DNA of 64,000 nucleotides from a candidate division WOR-3 bacterium (lineage in GTDB: Bacteria > Hydrothermota > Tepidihabitantia > B3-TA06): the NCBI GenBank assembly GCA_965649265.1, contig CBFGKC010000001.1, forward strand, positions 126,516 to 190,515. The letters run 5' to 3'. Under the pieces are notes generated by a model. It saw only the letters and a program-made list of their open reading frames with translations, did no database searches and was not told where the DNA came from. Each line of letters starts with the position of its first letter. The first letter of the stretch is position 1. Position numbers and translations under genes: made by a program. Of this stretch, positions 38,355 to 50,100 are shown one piece after another.

Positions 38355-41276
38355 CTAAAGCCTTCTCAACTGATCGAGCAAATCCGAGAAAGGTCCGGTC
38401 CCCCTGTACGTCCTGTCCGCGGTCAATATGAACCATGAATCCTTGTGATAACTTACCTTCGTCACCTTCTTTTTCCGGGCAAGAGTTCGCGCCTTTGCTA
38501 CCTCCAATATCTTCATTGCCTCGCCGGGCATTTTGCCGAAGCGATCCTCGAGCTCTTCCTTCAACGTATCCACCTCCCCCTCTTTTTCCACCGAGAGCAG
38601 CCGCTTGTAAAGCGACACGCGCTCGGACGAATCGCCGATGTATGTTTCGGGAAGGTATGCGCCGTGGTCTATCTCAAGCTCGGGCTCAGCAAACCATTCG
38701 TCGCCCTTGAGCCGCGCGACGGCCTCTGCCAGAAGCTTCGTGTAGAGAGTAAAACCTATCGCATTCACGTAGCCGTGCTGCTCGGTGCCGAGAAGGTTGC
38801 CCACGCCGCGCATCTCCATATCTCTCACCGCGAGGCGGTATCCCGCGCCAAGTCCGGCATACGCCCGAATCGCGGCGAAGCGCTTCTTTGCGTCGTCCGT
38901 GGTTCTTTTAGGAACTATGAAGAGCGCGTAACCCTGTCTTTCCCCCCGCCCTACACGTCCCCTTAACTGGTGCAAATCCGCAAGACCAAAGAGATCCGAC
39001 CTGTCAACGATTATCGTGTTGAGATCCGGTATATCTATCCCTGCCTCGAGTATCGCTGTCGAAAGGAGGATGTCGGTGTGGTGCTCGAGGAATTTGTCAT
39101 AAATCGTCGCAAGTTCGCGCTCAGGCATCTGGCCGTGCGCGACAAGGATGCTTGCCTGAGGCAACAGCCTTTCGATCCTGCGTCTGACCGAATCGATGGT
39201 CTCGATTCGGTTGTGGATGAAGAGCGTCAATCCTCCTCTCGATCGTTCTCTCAAAACCCACTCGCGAACCATCTCGTCCGACCAGCCCTCCACCGCTGTA
39301 ATCACGTCCTTTCGCCCGACGGGCGGTGTCTCTATCCTGGAAACGTCCCTTATCCCGACAAGGCCCATGTAAAGAGTACGGGGAATGGGCGTCGCGGTCA
39401 GCGCGAGCGTGTCCACTTCGGCCCTCGCTTTGCGAATCCTCTCCTTCTGCCTCACTCCGAAGCGGTGTTCGTCGTCTATAATCAATAAACCCAGGTCCGC
39501 CCATTTGACCGATTCGGCAAGAAGAGCGTGAGTGCCTATCAATATGTCCACCTTACCCTCCGCGAGATCGGCGAGAACTCTCGAGCGTTCGGCCGTTCCC
39601 ACGAATCTCGATAACATGGCGCATTTTACAGGGAGGTCCCTCAGCCTCGCGCTGAACGTTCGGTAATGCTGGAGCGCCAGGATAGTCGTCGGAGCCATGA
39701 GCGCCACTTGCTTGGAATCGAGCGCGGCCTTGAGAGCCGCCCGCACCGCCACCTCGGTCTTGCCATAGCCGACCTCGCCGCAGACCAGCCTGTCCATCGG
39801 GTGAGGTGTTTCCATGTCCGCTATGATGGAGTCTATTGCCTTCCTCTGATCGGGCGTCTCCTCATAAGGAAAAGTCAGTTCGACCCAGTCCATCTCTTCC
39901 TTGTGGGCGCCGAACGCGTGCCCGCGCGCCAGCGAACGCCTCGCATAAAGCGAGAGAAGCTCCTGGGCGTAAGCGTATGCCGATTGACGAGCTCTCCTGG
40001 TGGCAAGCTTCCAGCCCTCCGAACCCAGGCGGTTGACCCGCGGAAGCCTTCCTTCCGCTCCTATATACCGGTCCAGGAGTCCAAGGTTCTCAACGGGAAG
40101 GTAAAGGACGTCGGTTCCGCCGTAGGCAATTTGCAGGAACTCCTTCTCGCCCCCGCCGATCCTCAGGCGTTTTAGACCCTTGTAGATGCCGATTCCGTAA
40201 TCGATGTGAACGACATAGTCGCCTTCGTGGAGTTCAAGAAGCGCGTCCGAAGGCAACCCCTTGAAATGCCGGGGCAGCCTCCTTTTGTGCCGGACGCCGA
40301 AAAGCTCCTCGTCCGTGAAAACGGCGTACCCCCCCTCCCTAGAAATCCATCCCGCCGAAAGGTGTGCATCCACGATCATGAAACGCTCAAGATGGCTCGA
40401 GAGATAATTGGCGGCATGCTCCGGGTCGATAGCGAAGTACAGTTCGAGTCCCTGATCCTCCAGTTCCCTGAGGCCCTCGAAATGTCCGAGAACCCTTGAT
40501 GCTTGCGCGGCACCGAAATCGAAACGATCATATTCTGCATCCGAACCTTCAATTTTGTCCGTAATCAGGATTTCAGGCTTGCTGTCCTTTAGTTCCGAAA
40601 TCACGACCGCACCCTCGAGATAATGTCTGACTGAGGGTCCCTCTTTTGCTGGAGGTTTGTTAGATACAATCTCGATCGAACGAAGTTGTTTGCTCGAACG
40701 CTGGGTGAGGGGGTCAAAACTTCTGATCGATGCAACCCGGTCCGCCTCGAACTCAAGCCTTACCGGCTCCTCCCATTGCGGTGAGAATACGTCAAGTATT
40801 CCACCCCTTTGCGCAAACTCCGAGGGCTCAGTCACAATGCCCTCGCGCTCGAACCCTTCCGAGGCAAGCCAGAGCAAAGCCTCATCAAGGTCTGCCACAC
40901 CGGACACCTCGAAGTAGATTGACGCCCTTTCGCCACCACCTAACCTTTCCTCCGCCAACTCCCTCAGGCATATTATCAATCTAGATGCAGCGGCAGGAAT
41001 CCTTAAGAGATTCAGATCCTCGGGTTTTTTTAGTGTCACGATTCCCGGGGTCACGAGATCTTCCAAATCGTAAAGCAGTTTATCCAACTCCTCCTCGTCC
41101 TTCGCCAGGTATAGAATCTCCTCCTTTTCCCTCATTGCCGCAAGGAAGAACGACTTCAAGGCGCCCGCAAGACCTGAAATCAATGCCGGTCTTTCTTTAA
41201 GAGCAAGGAAGCGCTCGAAAGCCGCTGATTCAATAAAGCCCGCGTAGAGAGCTTTTTTGCTCGTGTATTCTTTCAT
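38355..41276 (-). CDS. mfd: Transcription-repair coupling factor
   Basis: UvrB-like N-terminus, CarD/RID 'VVHIDYGIG', GEVGYGKT, DDEHRFG, TATPIPRT, QLRGRVGR and TRCF domain. Confidence 0.95.
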   Translation of the reverse strand: MKEYTSKKALYAGFIESAAFERFLALKERPALISGLAGALKSFFLAAMREKEEILYLAKDEEELDKLLYDLEDLVTPGIVTLKKPEDLNLLRIPAAASRLIICLRELAEERLGGGERASIYFEVSGVADLDEALLWLASEGFEREGIVTEPSEFAQRGGILDVFSPQWEEPVRLEFEADRVASIRSFDPLTQRSSKQLRSIEIVSNKPPAKEGPSVRHYLEGAVVISELKDSKPEILITDKIEGSDAEYDRFDFGAAQASRVLGHFEGLRELEDQGLELYFAIDPEHAANYLSSHLERFMIVDAHLSAGWISREGGYAVFTDEELFGVRHKRRLPRHFKGLPSDALLELHEGDYVVHIDYGIGIYKGLKRLRIGGGEKEFLQIAYGGTDVLYLPVENLGLLDRYIGAEGRLPRVNRLGSEGWKLATRRARQSAYAYAQELLSLYARRSLARGHAFGAHKEEMDWVELTFPYEETPDQRKAIDSIIADMETPHPMDRLVCGEVGYGKTEVAVRAALKAALDSKQVALMAPTTILALQHYRTFSARLRDLPVKCAMLSRFVGTAERSRVLADLAEGKVDILIGTHALLAESVKWADLGLLIIDDEHRFGVRQKERIRKARAEVDTLALTATPIPRTLYMGLVGIRDVSRIETPPVGRKDVITAVEGWSDEMVREWVLRERSRGGLTLFIHNRIETIDSVRRRIERLLPQASILVAHGQMPERELATIYDKFLEHHTDILLSTAILEAGIDIPDLNTIIVDRSDLFGLADLHQLRGRVGRGERQGYALFIVPKRTTDDAKKRFAAIRAYAGLGAGYRLAVRDMEMRGVGNLLGTEQHGYVNAIGFTLYTKLLAEAVARLKGDEWFAEPELEIDHGAYLPETYIGDSSERVSLYKRLLSVEKEGEVDTLKEELEDRFGKMPGEAMKILEVAKARTLARKKKVTKVSYHKDSWFILTADRTYRGTGPFSDLLDQLRRL

Positions 41277-41347
41277 GGAGAAGCGATTCTAATCGCAGAA
41301 GCCGCCATGTCAAACCAGGGTCGAACGGCAAATGCCTTCCTTACCTT

Positions 41348-41375
41348 AAAAAAACCCCGGTCTTTCGACCGGGGT
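41348..41375 (-). terminator. Rho-independent terminator
   Basis: CCCCGGTC-TTTC-GACCGGGG stem followed by a 7-T run on the minus strand. Confidence 0.75.
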
Positions 41376-41395
41376 CAATGAATCAAGTCGATCTC

Positions 41396-43237
41396 TTAAC
41401 GTATGAGCATGATTTTGGCGTTCTCGACCTTTTGCTGCTGAACGAGTCTTATGAAATAAACGCCATTCGGGGCCGTTCTTCCCTGGTCGTCCAGTCCCTC
41501 CCAGAGAAACTCGCGCATCCCGGTTCCTTTTTGGGAATCGATGAGGGTGGATACGAGCCTGCCTCCGGCGTCATAAATGCCGAGCTGTACGGGGGTCGCA
41601 GGGGCAGAAGAGAGCAGGATGTGCCATGAAGAGTAACTTTTCGAACTGACTGTGAGCGCAACGACATCATTGGACTCCGCGCTGTTTGACGAAGGTAGTT
41701 CCAAAAGTTCGCCTTCATAATTGATTCGCACCTGCTCCAGACTAGGAAGGTTCGCAGGGTTGTCATACTCGAACGTGACCCGATACTGGATGTAGCGTTG
41801 ATTGCACCCCATGAGTGCAGTCTCAATTCTCTCATTATCGCACAGTTCGTGCCAGGGATCCTTACCAGTGGAGAATACGGTTGACGCTTCCGTTAGGAAA
41901 TCGTCGGGGTGCGCACCGGTTCTTATCGCAACGCGCACCTTGCTCGAGCCAGGACATGATGCATCGTACTCGTATTCGATCCAGTTCAAATCCATCTTTG
42001 TATCGTAGACGGAGGAGTAGTAAACTTCCTTGTTTTGCCGGTAATAGACGCTTCCGACTTCACGCGAGAAACCGTGGTGGCATCCCAAGTTGTCGAATGA
42101 TCCAGAAGGAGTGAAATCAGGTCCCCAGAAGAAGCGAGAACCTCCTCCCCATTCATATTCAAAAAGATCCATACAGCCGTCGTAATTGAAATCGGCTACG
42201 ATCCCGCCTGCGCCAACTCCAAATGATTCTGAGAGATCCTCGTAACGGGATGGGGAAATGCCGTCTTCGGCACCCCAGAATATCCTCGGTGGCACACCAT
42301 CGTTACCGAAGAAAACCAGATCCAGGTACTTGTCATTATTAAGGTGATTGATCGAACTACCACCGAAGGCCCTGTCCGGTAGGGGGAGGATATAATCGGC
42401 TTCTACAACCTGGGAGGTTCTGTAGACTTCTTTTCCTCCCCAGAGAATAGCAGCGTAGTAAGGTATGTTGGCGGAGTAAACAAGATCTAACCAGCCGTCG
42501 TTGTTCAGATCTGCAACACTCATTCCATGCGGGCCTCCATGCCCGTACTCCACGGTGGTGCGCTTTTCGATGTTGAATCCTTCAGAAGAGCCGTAGTAAA
42601 TATAGTGCTGCTGACCTTGATAGGTATTACCGGCTACAACTATCACGTCAAGCCAGCTATCCTTGTTCAAGTCTGCAACCTCGGGGTTGAATCCCGATTC
42701 GTTCACCGGCAACAGTGTAACGTTTGAAAGATCATATCCCGCCGGACTTCCCCAAAGGATACCCGTATTGTCGTTGTCAAGACATGATATGATCAAGTCA
42801 AGATAACCATCCTTGTTCAAATCAGCAACTGCAATACCTTCATTATTGTATCCCGGGACGTTAAAGACTTGGGGATTGTTTGGATCGGGACCAGTGTCAG
42901 TCCCCCAAAAGATACGTATTGTTCCGCACATGGCGGTCGTTATCAACTCCGGATAGCCATCCTGGTTCAAGTCGGCTCCGTCACAACCGCCATTTCCTGC
43001 GTAAGAAGTGATATTACCTTGGCTGTAACCTGTGGGTGAACCCCACATAATCCAGCTATGCGCTGGAACATCGATGTATCCATCGTTGTTGAAATCCCAA
43101 CGGCCCACAAACTCTATAGCCCCATCTCCAAGCTGAGAGGCGTAAAGGTTGCGTTCAAAAGCTCCGTCGGAGAAGTCTTCCTGGGTAGTTTCAATCCATT
43201 CTCCAGGAGACAAAGCAAGAAAGACGAAGAATAACAT
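41396..43237 (-). CDS. FG-GAP/VCBS-repeat secreted protein with FlgD/T9SS-type CTD (paralog 1)
   Basis: Repeated ADLNKDGYLDL motifs and CTD 'IYDAGGRLV...WEGLDDQGR..PNGVYFIRL...KIMLIR'. Start set at the ATG at 43237 (GGAGG SD, aligns with paralogs). Confidence 0.85.
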   Translation of the reverse strand: MLFFVFLALSPGEWIETTQEDFSDGAFERNLYASQLGDGAIEFVGRWDFNNDGYIDVPAHSWIMWGSPTGYSQGNITSYAGNGGCDGADLNQDGYPELITTAMCGTIRIFWGTDTGPDPNNPQVFNVPGYNNEGIAVADLNKDGYLDLIISCLDNDNTGILWGSPAGYDLSNVTLLPVNESGFNPEVADLNKDSWLDVIVVAGNTYQGQQHYIYYGSSEGFNIEKRTTVEYGHGGPHGMSVADLNNDGWLDLVYSANIPYYAAILWGGKEVYRTSQVVEADYILPLPDRAFGGSSINHLNNDKYLDLVFFGNDGVPPRIFWGAEDGISPSRYEDLSESFGVGAGGIVADFNYDGCMDLFEYEWGGGSRFFWGPDFTPSGSFDNLGCHHGFSREVGSVYYRQNKEVYYSSVYDTKMDLNWIEYEYDASCPGSSKVRVAIRTGAHPDDFLTEASTVFSTGKDPWHELCDNERIETALMGCNQRYIQYRVTFEYDNPANLPSLEQVRINYEGELLELPSSNSAESNDVVALTVSSKSYSSWHILLSSAPATPVQLGIYDAGGRLVSTLIDSQKGTGMREFLWEGLDDQGRTAPNGVYFIRLVQQQKVENAKIMLIR

Positions 43238-43355
43238 ATAAACCTCCACACAGTTTATTCGTCTTTTTTTACGGTAAGCTGCTGGATCCTTCCTTGAGCC
43301 CATCTTGCTCAAATTTGCTCAGAATTCTTCCATGCTTACCCCTCAATAGCGAGAG

Positions 43356-43371
43356 AGCATTTTTTATGCCA
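43356..43371 (-). promoter_or_regulatory. Candidate sigma54 promoter
   Basis: Minus strand TGGCATA-AAAA-ATGCT with correct GG/GC spacing, about 120 bp upstream of the start. Confidence 0.6.
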
Positions 43372-43510
43372 GTTATCCTCCTTGTTAAGATTCAAATCTT
43401 CTACACTTACGACACAAACAACCGATGTGTTTTTTATAAAGGTCTTTTTCTCTCATAGATACTGACACTTAAGTATAACTCCACTCGGGTTTGTTATCCT
43501 TCAAAATAGT

Positions 43511-45310
43511 TTAATGCAACATTACAAGCTTTGCTGTCTGACATTCTTCGTTGCCGTTTAATCGAACGAAATATACCCCTGATGGAGGAGGGGTGCTGGA
43601 ATTACCAATCAAACCGCTCCATGTAAGCGAATAGTGTTTTTGGGGCATATTTCCCTTTAAAAGGGTATGAACTCGAGAACCTTTACAATCATAAACAGCC
43701 AAATCAAGAGGTCCAGAGCTTTTTAAATCGAAAGAAATTTGCCAACACCCCTTTACAGGTGTAACTTTCAAATATCCTGAGGGTAAAACCGAATCTTCGT
43801 CTGCAATGCCTTCCCCCTCGCCATATATAACACGAACCTCCTTTAGAAGCGGTAACAGAACCGGGTTCGCATACTCAAAAAGTGTTTTGTAGCGAAGATA
43901 CCGATATTTGTTTGTAGAATCTTGCGGAATAATATACCGCTCATTTCTGTTTAAAGGAATCCAAGCGGACCAATTATTTACGGTGTCGTAAGATGATCCA
44001 AAGCTGACGAAAAAGTCCACCTTACTAGTGCCGGGGCATGAATCGACCCAATCGAGTTCTACATACCCTAGATCAAGCTGTGCATCGAATACCGAGGAGT
44101 AGTATTCCTCAAGATATTTCCTCGTATACACATTTCCGATTTCGCGCGAAAAGCCGTGATGGGAAGAGATTCCTAAGAATTTGGTTTGTGAAAACAGAGG
44201 ACCGTAGAAAAAGTAAGAGTTTCCGTTTAGATCATACTCGAAAATATCAAGGTTCCCGTCATTGTTGAAGTCCGCCACATAGCCACTAGAACCGACTTCG
44301 GGACGTTTTGACAAATCATTGTATTGTTCCGGATCGATACCGTCTTGGTCACCCCAGTATATTCTAGGCGGTACATCATCGTTGCCAAAGAAAACTATGT
44401 CTAAGTAACCGTCCTTATCAAGATCTGCAATCGAACTTCCTCCAAAACAATGATGAGACAGGGGAAGATAAAGGTTAACATCCACGTTTTCTCCAGGTTC
44501 ATAAGCGTTCTTCGAGCCCCAAAGAATTGCTGCGGAGTCGGGAATATTGCCCGAATAAACAAGATCAAGCCATCCGTCGCAATTAAGATCGGCAATGGAC
44601 ATTCCGTGTAGTCCTCCTTTTCCGTAAGTCACAGATGTACGTTTGTAAATGGAATATCCTTTTGCCGAGCCCCAATATATGTAGATTTCTTGTCCTGAAT
44701 AGGTGTCTCCTGTAATTAAGATTACATCTAGCCATCCATCTTTGTTAAGATCAGCCGCTTCCGGATTATAGCCTGTTTTGTTGCATGGCAAATTTGTTAC
44801 GTTATAGAGAGATAAACCTGTGTTCGATCCCCAAAAAACCGCTGCATTATCGTTGTCTACAGAAGCAATCAAATCCAGATATCCATCCTTGTTCAGGTCG
44901 GCAAGAAAGACACCTTCATTATTGTAGTTAGTAGTTCCTAAGGCTTGGGGTTTAGCAGGATTCGGTCCGTTCTTGGTTCCCGGGTATACCCTAACGGGTT
45001 CGCCTATCGAGGTGGTTACAAATTCGGGATATCCATCAAAATCGAGATCAGCCGCATCGCAACCGCCTCTTCCATAGTAAAGAGTAGTGTCTTCAACCGT
45101 ATACTCCGAAGATTGACCCCAAATTATCCAATTTGAACCTGGAATATCAAGATATTCGTCGTTATTCAGATCAAACCTCCCGACAAATTCTAAAGTCCCG
45201 CCATCCCTTAAAGAGGCGTATATGTTTCTTTCGTACCACCCGTCTTTGAAATCCTCTTGGGTGGTTTCAACCCATACTCCACCCCATAATAATACCGTAA
45301 GAAAAGACAT
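43511..45310 (-). CDS. FG-GAP/VCBS-repeat secreted protein with CTD (paralog 2)
   Basis: Same WxETTQEDF N-terminus and ADLNKDG repeats, EGIADE linker and CTD. Confidence 0.85.
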   Translation of the reverse strand: MSFLTVLLWGGVWVETTQEDFKDGWYERNIYASLRDGGTLEFVGRFDLNNDEYLDIPGSNWIIWGQSSEYTVEDTTLYYGRGGCDAADLDFDGYPEFVTTSIGEPVRVYPGTKNGPNPAKPQALGTTNYNNEGVFLADLNKDGYLDLIASVDNDNAAVFWGSNTGLSLYNVTNLPCNKTGYNPEAADLNKDGWLDVILITGDTYSGQEIYIYWGSAKGYSIYKRTSVTYGKGGLHGMSIADLNCDGWLDLVYSGNIPDSAAILWGSKNAYEPGENVDVNLYLPLSHHCFGGSSIADLDKDGYLDIVFFGNDDVPPRIYWGDQDGIDPEQYNDLSKRPEVGSSGYVADFNNDGNLDIFEYDLNGNSYFFYGPLFSQTKFLGISSHHGFSREIGNVYTRKYLEEYYSSVFDAQLDLGYVELDWVDSCPGTSKVDFFVSFGSSYDTVNNWSAWIPLNRNERYIIPQDSTNKYRYLRYKTLFEYANPVLLPLLKEVRVIYGEGEGIADEDSVLPSGYLKVTPVKGCWQISFDLKSSGPLDLAVYDCKGSRVHTLLKGNMPQKHYSLTWSGLIGNSSTPPPSGVYFVRLNGNEECQTAKLVMLH

Positions 45311-45425
45311 TAATTCTCCTTCCTTTATTTTTCCTCGTGTAAATAATACCTAAGAACAAACGTTTGTCAAGAGACCTTACCCCTCGTTCGTTGAAGGCTT
45401 TACTAAGGGTCGAAAGAATAGCTCC

Positions 45426-47198
45426 TTACTTTAGTATCAGCCTGAACTCAATCCTGCGGTTCATCGCCCTGCCTTCAAGGGTACTGTTTGATGCCAGTGG
45501 GTGTGTGTCACCGTAGCCGTTACATAAAAACATCTCGGTAGGAAGACCGCACCTGCCTACAAGATAAGACTTTACAGCTTCGGCCCTGGCTTCGGACAAG
45601 CGCTGATTATCCCCGTAGGGCGAATAAATAACCGGGATGCTGTCGGTGTGACCGGCAATCTCGATCTTGAGCCCCCTGTCGGCGTTGTCCTTGAGCACGG
45701 GGGCTATGGAATCGAGTATTGATTCAAACCCGGGGAGAATGTCAGCTTTTCCGGTCTCGAAGTTAAGACGGATAGTCATTAAGATATTACTTTCTTGTTC
45801 CCTTGATACATAAAGATCGGAGTTGAGCGTATCGCCGGCAGGTACCACAATCCTTTCCAGGCGGGGAAAGAGTTTAGGATTATCCGGCTCCACCTTTACC
45901 AGGTATTCTCCGGGGGGGAGGGGATTCGAGCTGTAGGTGCCCCATCCCGGGTTGGTCCGGACCGAATCCTCGACTTCGCCCTTGAATCTGACCGTTGCAT
46001 CCGCGGGATTGTCAGAACCTTCCTCTCTCACGAGGCCGGTCACTATTCCATAAGGAATAGAATCGAGCTTTACGACTAACACATTCAACTTCCCCGGTTC
46101 AAGGACGATTGAATCCGATCCTGGGTAGTGATGCGTGGCTTTGGTCAAAACTCCAAGCTCGCCAGGAGTTATCCAGTTTCGACGCAGAGTTCCATTTTGC
46201 TTCTGGACCCCTTCCTCTATAACACCACTCATAGTCACGGTCGCGTCCAAAGGAACCAAGGTGCCGCTATCAACTACTTTAACCAGAACGTCAGCTGTTT
46301 GGGGGCGTTCTTTAAGGTAATGGGAGATGCATATCGTATGAGCGATACCCAGGACGCCGTATGGCTCGAGTGCATACTCAACCCTGAAGCCTTTCCAGTA
46401 AAGAGCCACTCCGCCGGATGGAGCGGCTAAAGCCCCCCACTCGAGTACCGACCTGTTGAGCTTACCGCCAATGCGAATCGCTATGAGGTCAAGAGGTTTA
46501 TACTCCACACCGATGTTTCCTTCAAAACCTGCATCGCTTACGTATCCCCCTTTGAAAGTTGCATATATTCCCGGCAAAAAAGCAAAGGACATACCGGCAT
46601 CACAGGCCCAAGGAGTCTGGATTCTAAGAGTGTCGTAGTACAAACCAGGCCCAACGTCGTGAAGAGACACGCCAAGCGACATCCACGAATAGGGTCTCCA
46701 GCTGACGCCCAAATCGAATACCGACCCGGTTCCGGTCCGCTCAATCAGGTTTTCGTAAAGAAGCTTTGAGCCTACCCCAACACTGAGCTCTCTAGTTATT
46801 GAAAAGGCACAGCCCACGTCCAGGATGCCGCTCTGCGGGTATACCTTTCTGGTTGGTTCATTATTATCGTCCCAGCCCTGGACGGCTGTCAACGAATAGA
46901 ACGCTCCCAGTCCAAGGGTGATTCTGCGCCAGGGCCAGGCAAAACCCATGAACTGATCATGTATTCCCGCGACGAAGGAGCGGTAACCGAGCATAACTTC
47001 CCCCTGTGGTAAGGCTTCCAACCCTGCCGGGTTCCACCACAGCGCAGTGATGTCTCCTGACCAGGCTGTTCCGGCATCACCCAGCGCTTTTACCGAAGCA
47101 CCGTAACCGGTTCTTAAAAGGGCAAATGCGTTCTGACCGGTCTCCTGCGCGGAGATCGCGACCAGGCCAATCATCAATAGGATTAACAACCGTTTCAT
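45426..47198 (-). CDS. PorV/PorQ-family beta-barrel + Ig-like domains + OmpA-like peptidoglycan-binding domain
   Basis: PorV signature 'LRTGYGASVKALG...ALWWNPAGL'. C-terminal OmpA motifs NFETGKA, IAGHTD, NQRLSEARAEAV and NRRIEF. Confidence 0.85.
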   Translation of the reverse strand: MKRLLILLMIGLVAISAQETGQNAFALLRTGYGASVKALGDAGTAWSGDITALWWNPAGLEALPQGEVMLGYRSFVAGIHDQFMGFAWPWRRITLGLGAFYSLTAVQGWDDNNEPTRKVYPQSGILDVGCAFSITRELSVGVGSKLLYENLIERTGTGSVFDLGVSWRPYSWMSLGVSLHDVGPGLYYDTLRIQTPWACDAGMSFAFLPGIYATFKGGYVSDAGFEGNIGVEYKPLDLIAIRIGGKLNRSVLEWGALAAPSGGVALYWKGFRVEYALEPYGVLGIAHTICISHYLKERPQTADVLVKVVDSGTLVPLDATVTMSGVIEEGVQKQNGTLRRNWITPGELGVLTKATHHYPGSDSIVLEPGKLNVLVVKLDSIPYGIVTGLVREEGSDNPADATVRFKGEVEDSVRTNPGWGTYSSNPLPPGEYLVKVEPDNPKLFPRLERIVVPAGDTLNSDLYVSREQESNILMTIRLNFETGKADILPGFESILDSIAPVLKDNADRGLKIEIAGHTDSIPVIYSPYGDNQRLSEARAEAVKSYLVGRCGLPTEMFLCNGYGDTHPLASNSTLEGRAMNRRIEFRLILK

Positions 47199-50100
47199 CG
47201 CTCACCTCCAGCCGTACATATCGCTTTTGCCAGGATGTGGCGGGGGGCTCCTTGAGGAGGTCTGAAGTCTAGCAAAATAATATATATACCAGGAGCCAGC
47301 GGCCCTCCCGTATCCGAAGCCGCTCGCCAGAGATAAGAGTGCACACCAGCATTGCAGTACTCGTTGAAAACATTTCCAACAGGCCTTGCTGCCCTGTCCG
47401 CTATCCTGATGGTGACGTTACCGTCTTCAGGCTGGCTCCAAACAATGTGGGTTTCCTCCCTGAACGGATTAGGAAAGTTGTGCAGAGTAAGACTCGGCAG
47501 TGCCGTGGTCACAATTACTGCGGAATCGTGTACAACACCGCTTGAAGCGGAGCTTATGTAAACTACGGTAGTTTCCGGTGTAAATTGCTCAACCGAGATT
47601 GTATCAAGCGAACCTCGCGTAGGGTCATATTCTTCCGGCAGGCTGACGTCCACATAAAGCGTACAGAGGCCTCCGATAGGCTCAAGCTTGCCTACATCCG
47701 GGACACCATCCGCGTCAGAATCCGAAAGGGCGTTTCTGCCTGTCGAGTCGAGAAAAGCCAGGTCCCATCCCCGGTGACTTCTCGTTGTAATCGCCCCGAT
47801 ATCCGCCACATTACCATGATTGATAGCCTCAAGCGTATATCGGACGGTCGGCATATCAGGTGATACAGAACCCTTCTGATCGGGCCGTATCTCCAAAAGG
47901 CTTATTTCGACGGGATTGATGATAAGTGTGGCCAGATCCTTGACCGTCGTGTCCTGTGAGGATGTGCCGATTATGTAAACCGTGTCGGTTTCCCCCGCGA
48001 TCGCGTTCGCCGGAACTTTAATCCGCGTAGAGAAATAGCGGCGCTCGCCGCTGTTTGGGACCTCGCCCACGTCCGGCAGGCCATCTGTGTCGTTATCTCT
48101 TAACGGGGTAGCAGCCGCAGAGTCAAGAAGCTCTACTTGCCAACCGTGCATGCTCCAAGTTTTCAGGTCTATCACGTCATCCCATCTCCCGTGGTTGGCC
48201 TCCCACAAGGAAAACAAAACACTCTGCCCAGGTACTGCAAAGGTGTCCTGATCGGGCTCAACTTCAATCCACACCGGAGGCAACACCTGTATTATGAGAA
48301 TCGCAAGGTCGGTTACGGCTGTGTCTTGAGAGGAAATGCCGACTATACGCACCGTATCCGAGACATAGGGAATTGCCGTGTCAGGAATGTTGATCCTGGC
48401 TTTGAAATCCCTTCTCCCGCTTCGTGCCGGAACCGGCCCCAGATCGGGAATGAAATCCGCGTCGTTATCCTCCAGCGGAGTCAGCGCAGTTGAATCGAAC
48501 AACTGTACCTGCCAGCCGCGAGCGCTGATGGCTACAAGGTCTATCACGTCCGGGTCCTTTCCGTAATTGATACCCCACAGGCTACAATAGAGGGTTTGCC
48601 CCGGCCAGCCGACCGTGTCCTGGTTTGGGTCTACTAGAATCCTTACGGGTGCGAGGACGTATGTTACAACGATGGCCGAGTCGTAAAGCCCCGAAGGGTT
48701 AGACGAGCGACCAAAGACTATCATTGTATCGACACTTACGCTTGGGCTATCAGGAATACCCACCTTCACCAGAAGCCGCGTGGAGTCGCCCCCAGCGTCC
48801 AGTTCCCCGACATCGGGAGAAAGGTCGGTGTCAAAATCCCCGAGCGGGTTACCCAAAGAATCATTTGTTTCATGGAACCAATCTAGATTGTCGAAGACAG
48901 ATGATATTTCTATTACATCCGGTAAGTAGGTATAATTCAAGACTTCAAGGTTATAGGATACCGTATCACCGGGGAAGCCGGAGCCTTGCCTGTCCGGTCG
49001 CACTATTATTTCTTCCGCTATTAAATATTCAATTCCTACAAGAAACAATACCGGCAAGTACGCGGGGTTTGGATACTCGAACGTTGCCCGGTATTGTATG
49101 TATCGTGATCGAAGACTGCCTGGAATCTCGGTGTCGTTTTGAACCGTTACCCAATCGCTCCAGCCTGAAGAGGTGTCCGGGGTATCTCCTACCCTTACCG
49201 CCATTTTGAGCATCGAGTTTCCAGGGCAGGAGTCCTCCCAGTGTATTGTTGACCACGAGGCGTCGACGCCTGCATCAAATATGGAAGAGAAATACTCCTC
49301 CTTATTAACCCTCGAGTACACGTTGCCTATCTCACGGGAGAAACCATGGTGCGAGAAAGGTCCCACGTTTTGATAACTGGTGAACCCCGGGCCCTGGAAG
49401 AGGATGGTTCCGTCGTATGTAAGCTCAACGATATCCAGATGTCCGTCATTAGTGAAATCCGCGACAACACCCCCCGAGCCTACGCTTGGCGCCGCGCCGA
49501 GATCGCTGCGGCGATCGGGTGAAATTCCATCCTGGTCGCCCCAGAAGATGCGAGGCGGTACGTCGTCGTTGCCGAAGAAGACTATATCAAGATACCCGTC
49601 CTCGTTGAGGTCAGCGATGGAGCTTCCCCCAAAGGCACGGTCGCGCAAGGGCAAGTTGAGATCGACATTCACTTCGGTACCTGAACGATACTTATCAGCC
49701 GATCCCCAAAGTACGGCTCCATAATTAGGGTAATTTCCTGAGTATACTATATCAAGCCAACCGTCGTAATTTAGATCAGCAACCGATATGCCGTGAGGAC
49801 CTCCTTTGTCATATATGACCTTGGTAAAACGACTACCGGAAAACCCCCCTGGTCCACCCCAGTAGATGTATTCGTAAGCATCTTCTCCAGAAAGCACGAT
49901 GACATCAAGCCAACCGTCCTTGTTTAAATCCGCAACCTCGGGGTTGTATCCAGGTTTATGACAGTATAACGAAGTGCTGTTGTTCTGGGAGAAACCTGCG
50001 GCAGCCCCCCAAAAAACCGTTGATTCGTCATCACCCTTTGACGCCAGAAGATCAAGCCAGCCGTCCTTGTTAAAGTCGGCGGCCATAACACCTTCGTTGT

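Noticed and set aside
43238-43312. N-terminal extensions given by the ORF track for FG-GAP paralog 1 (also hslU, gyrA, pdp and the 33924 gene)
   Set aside because: SD or promoter position and paralog alignment support the downstream starts.
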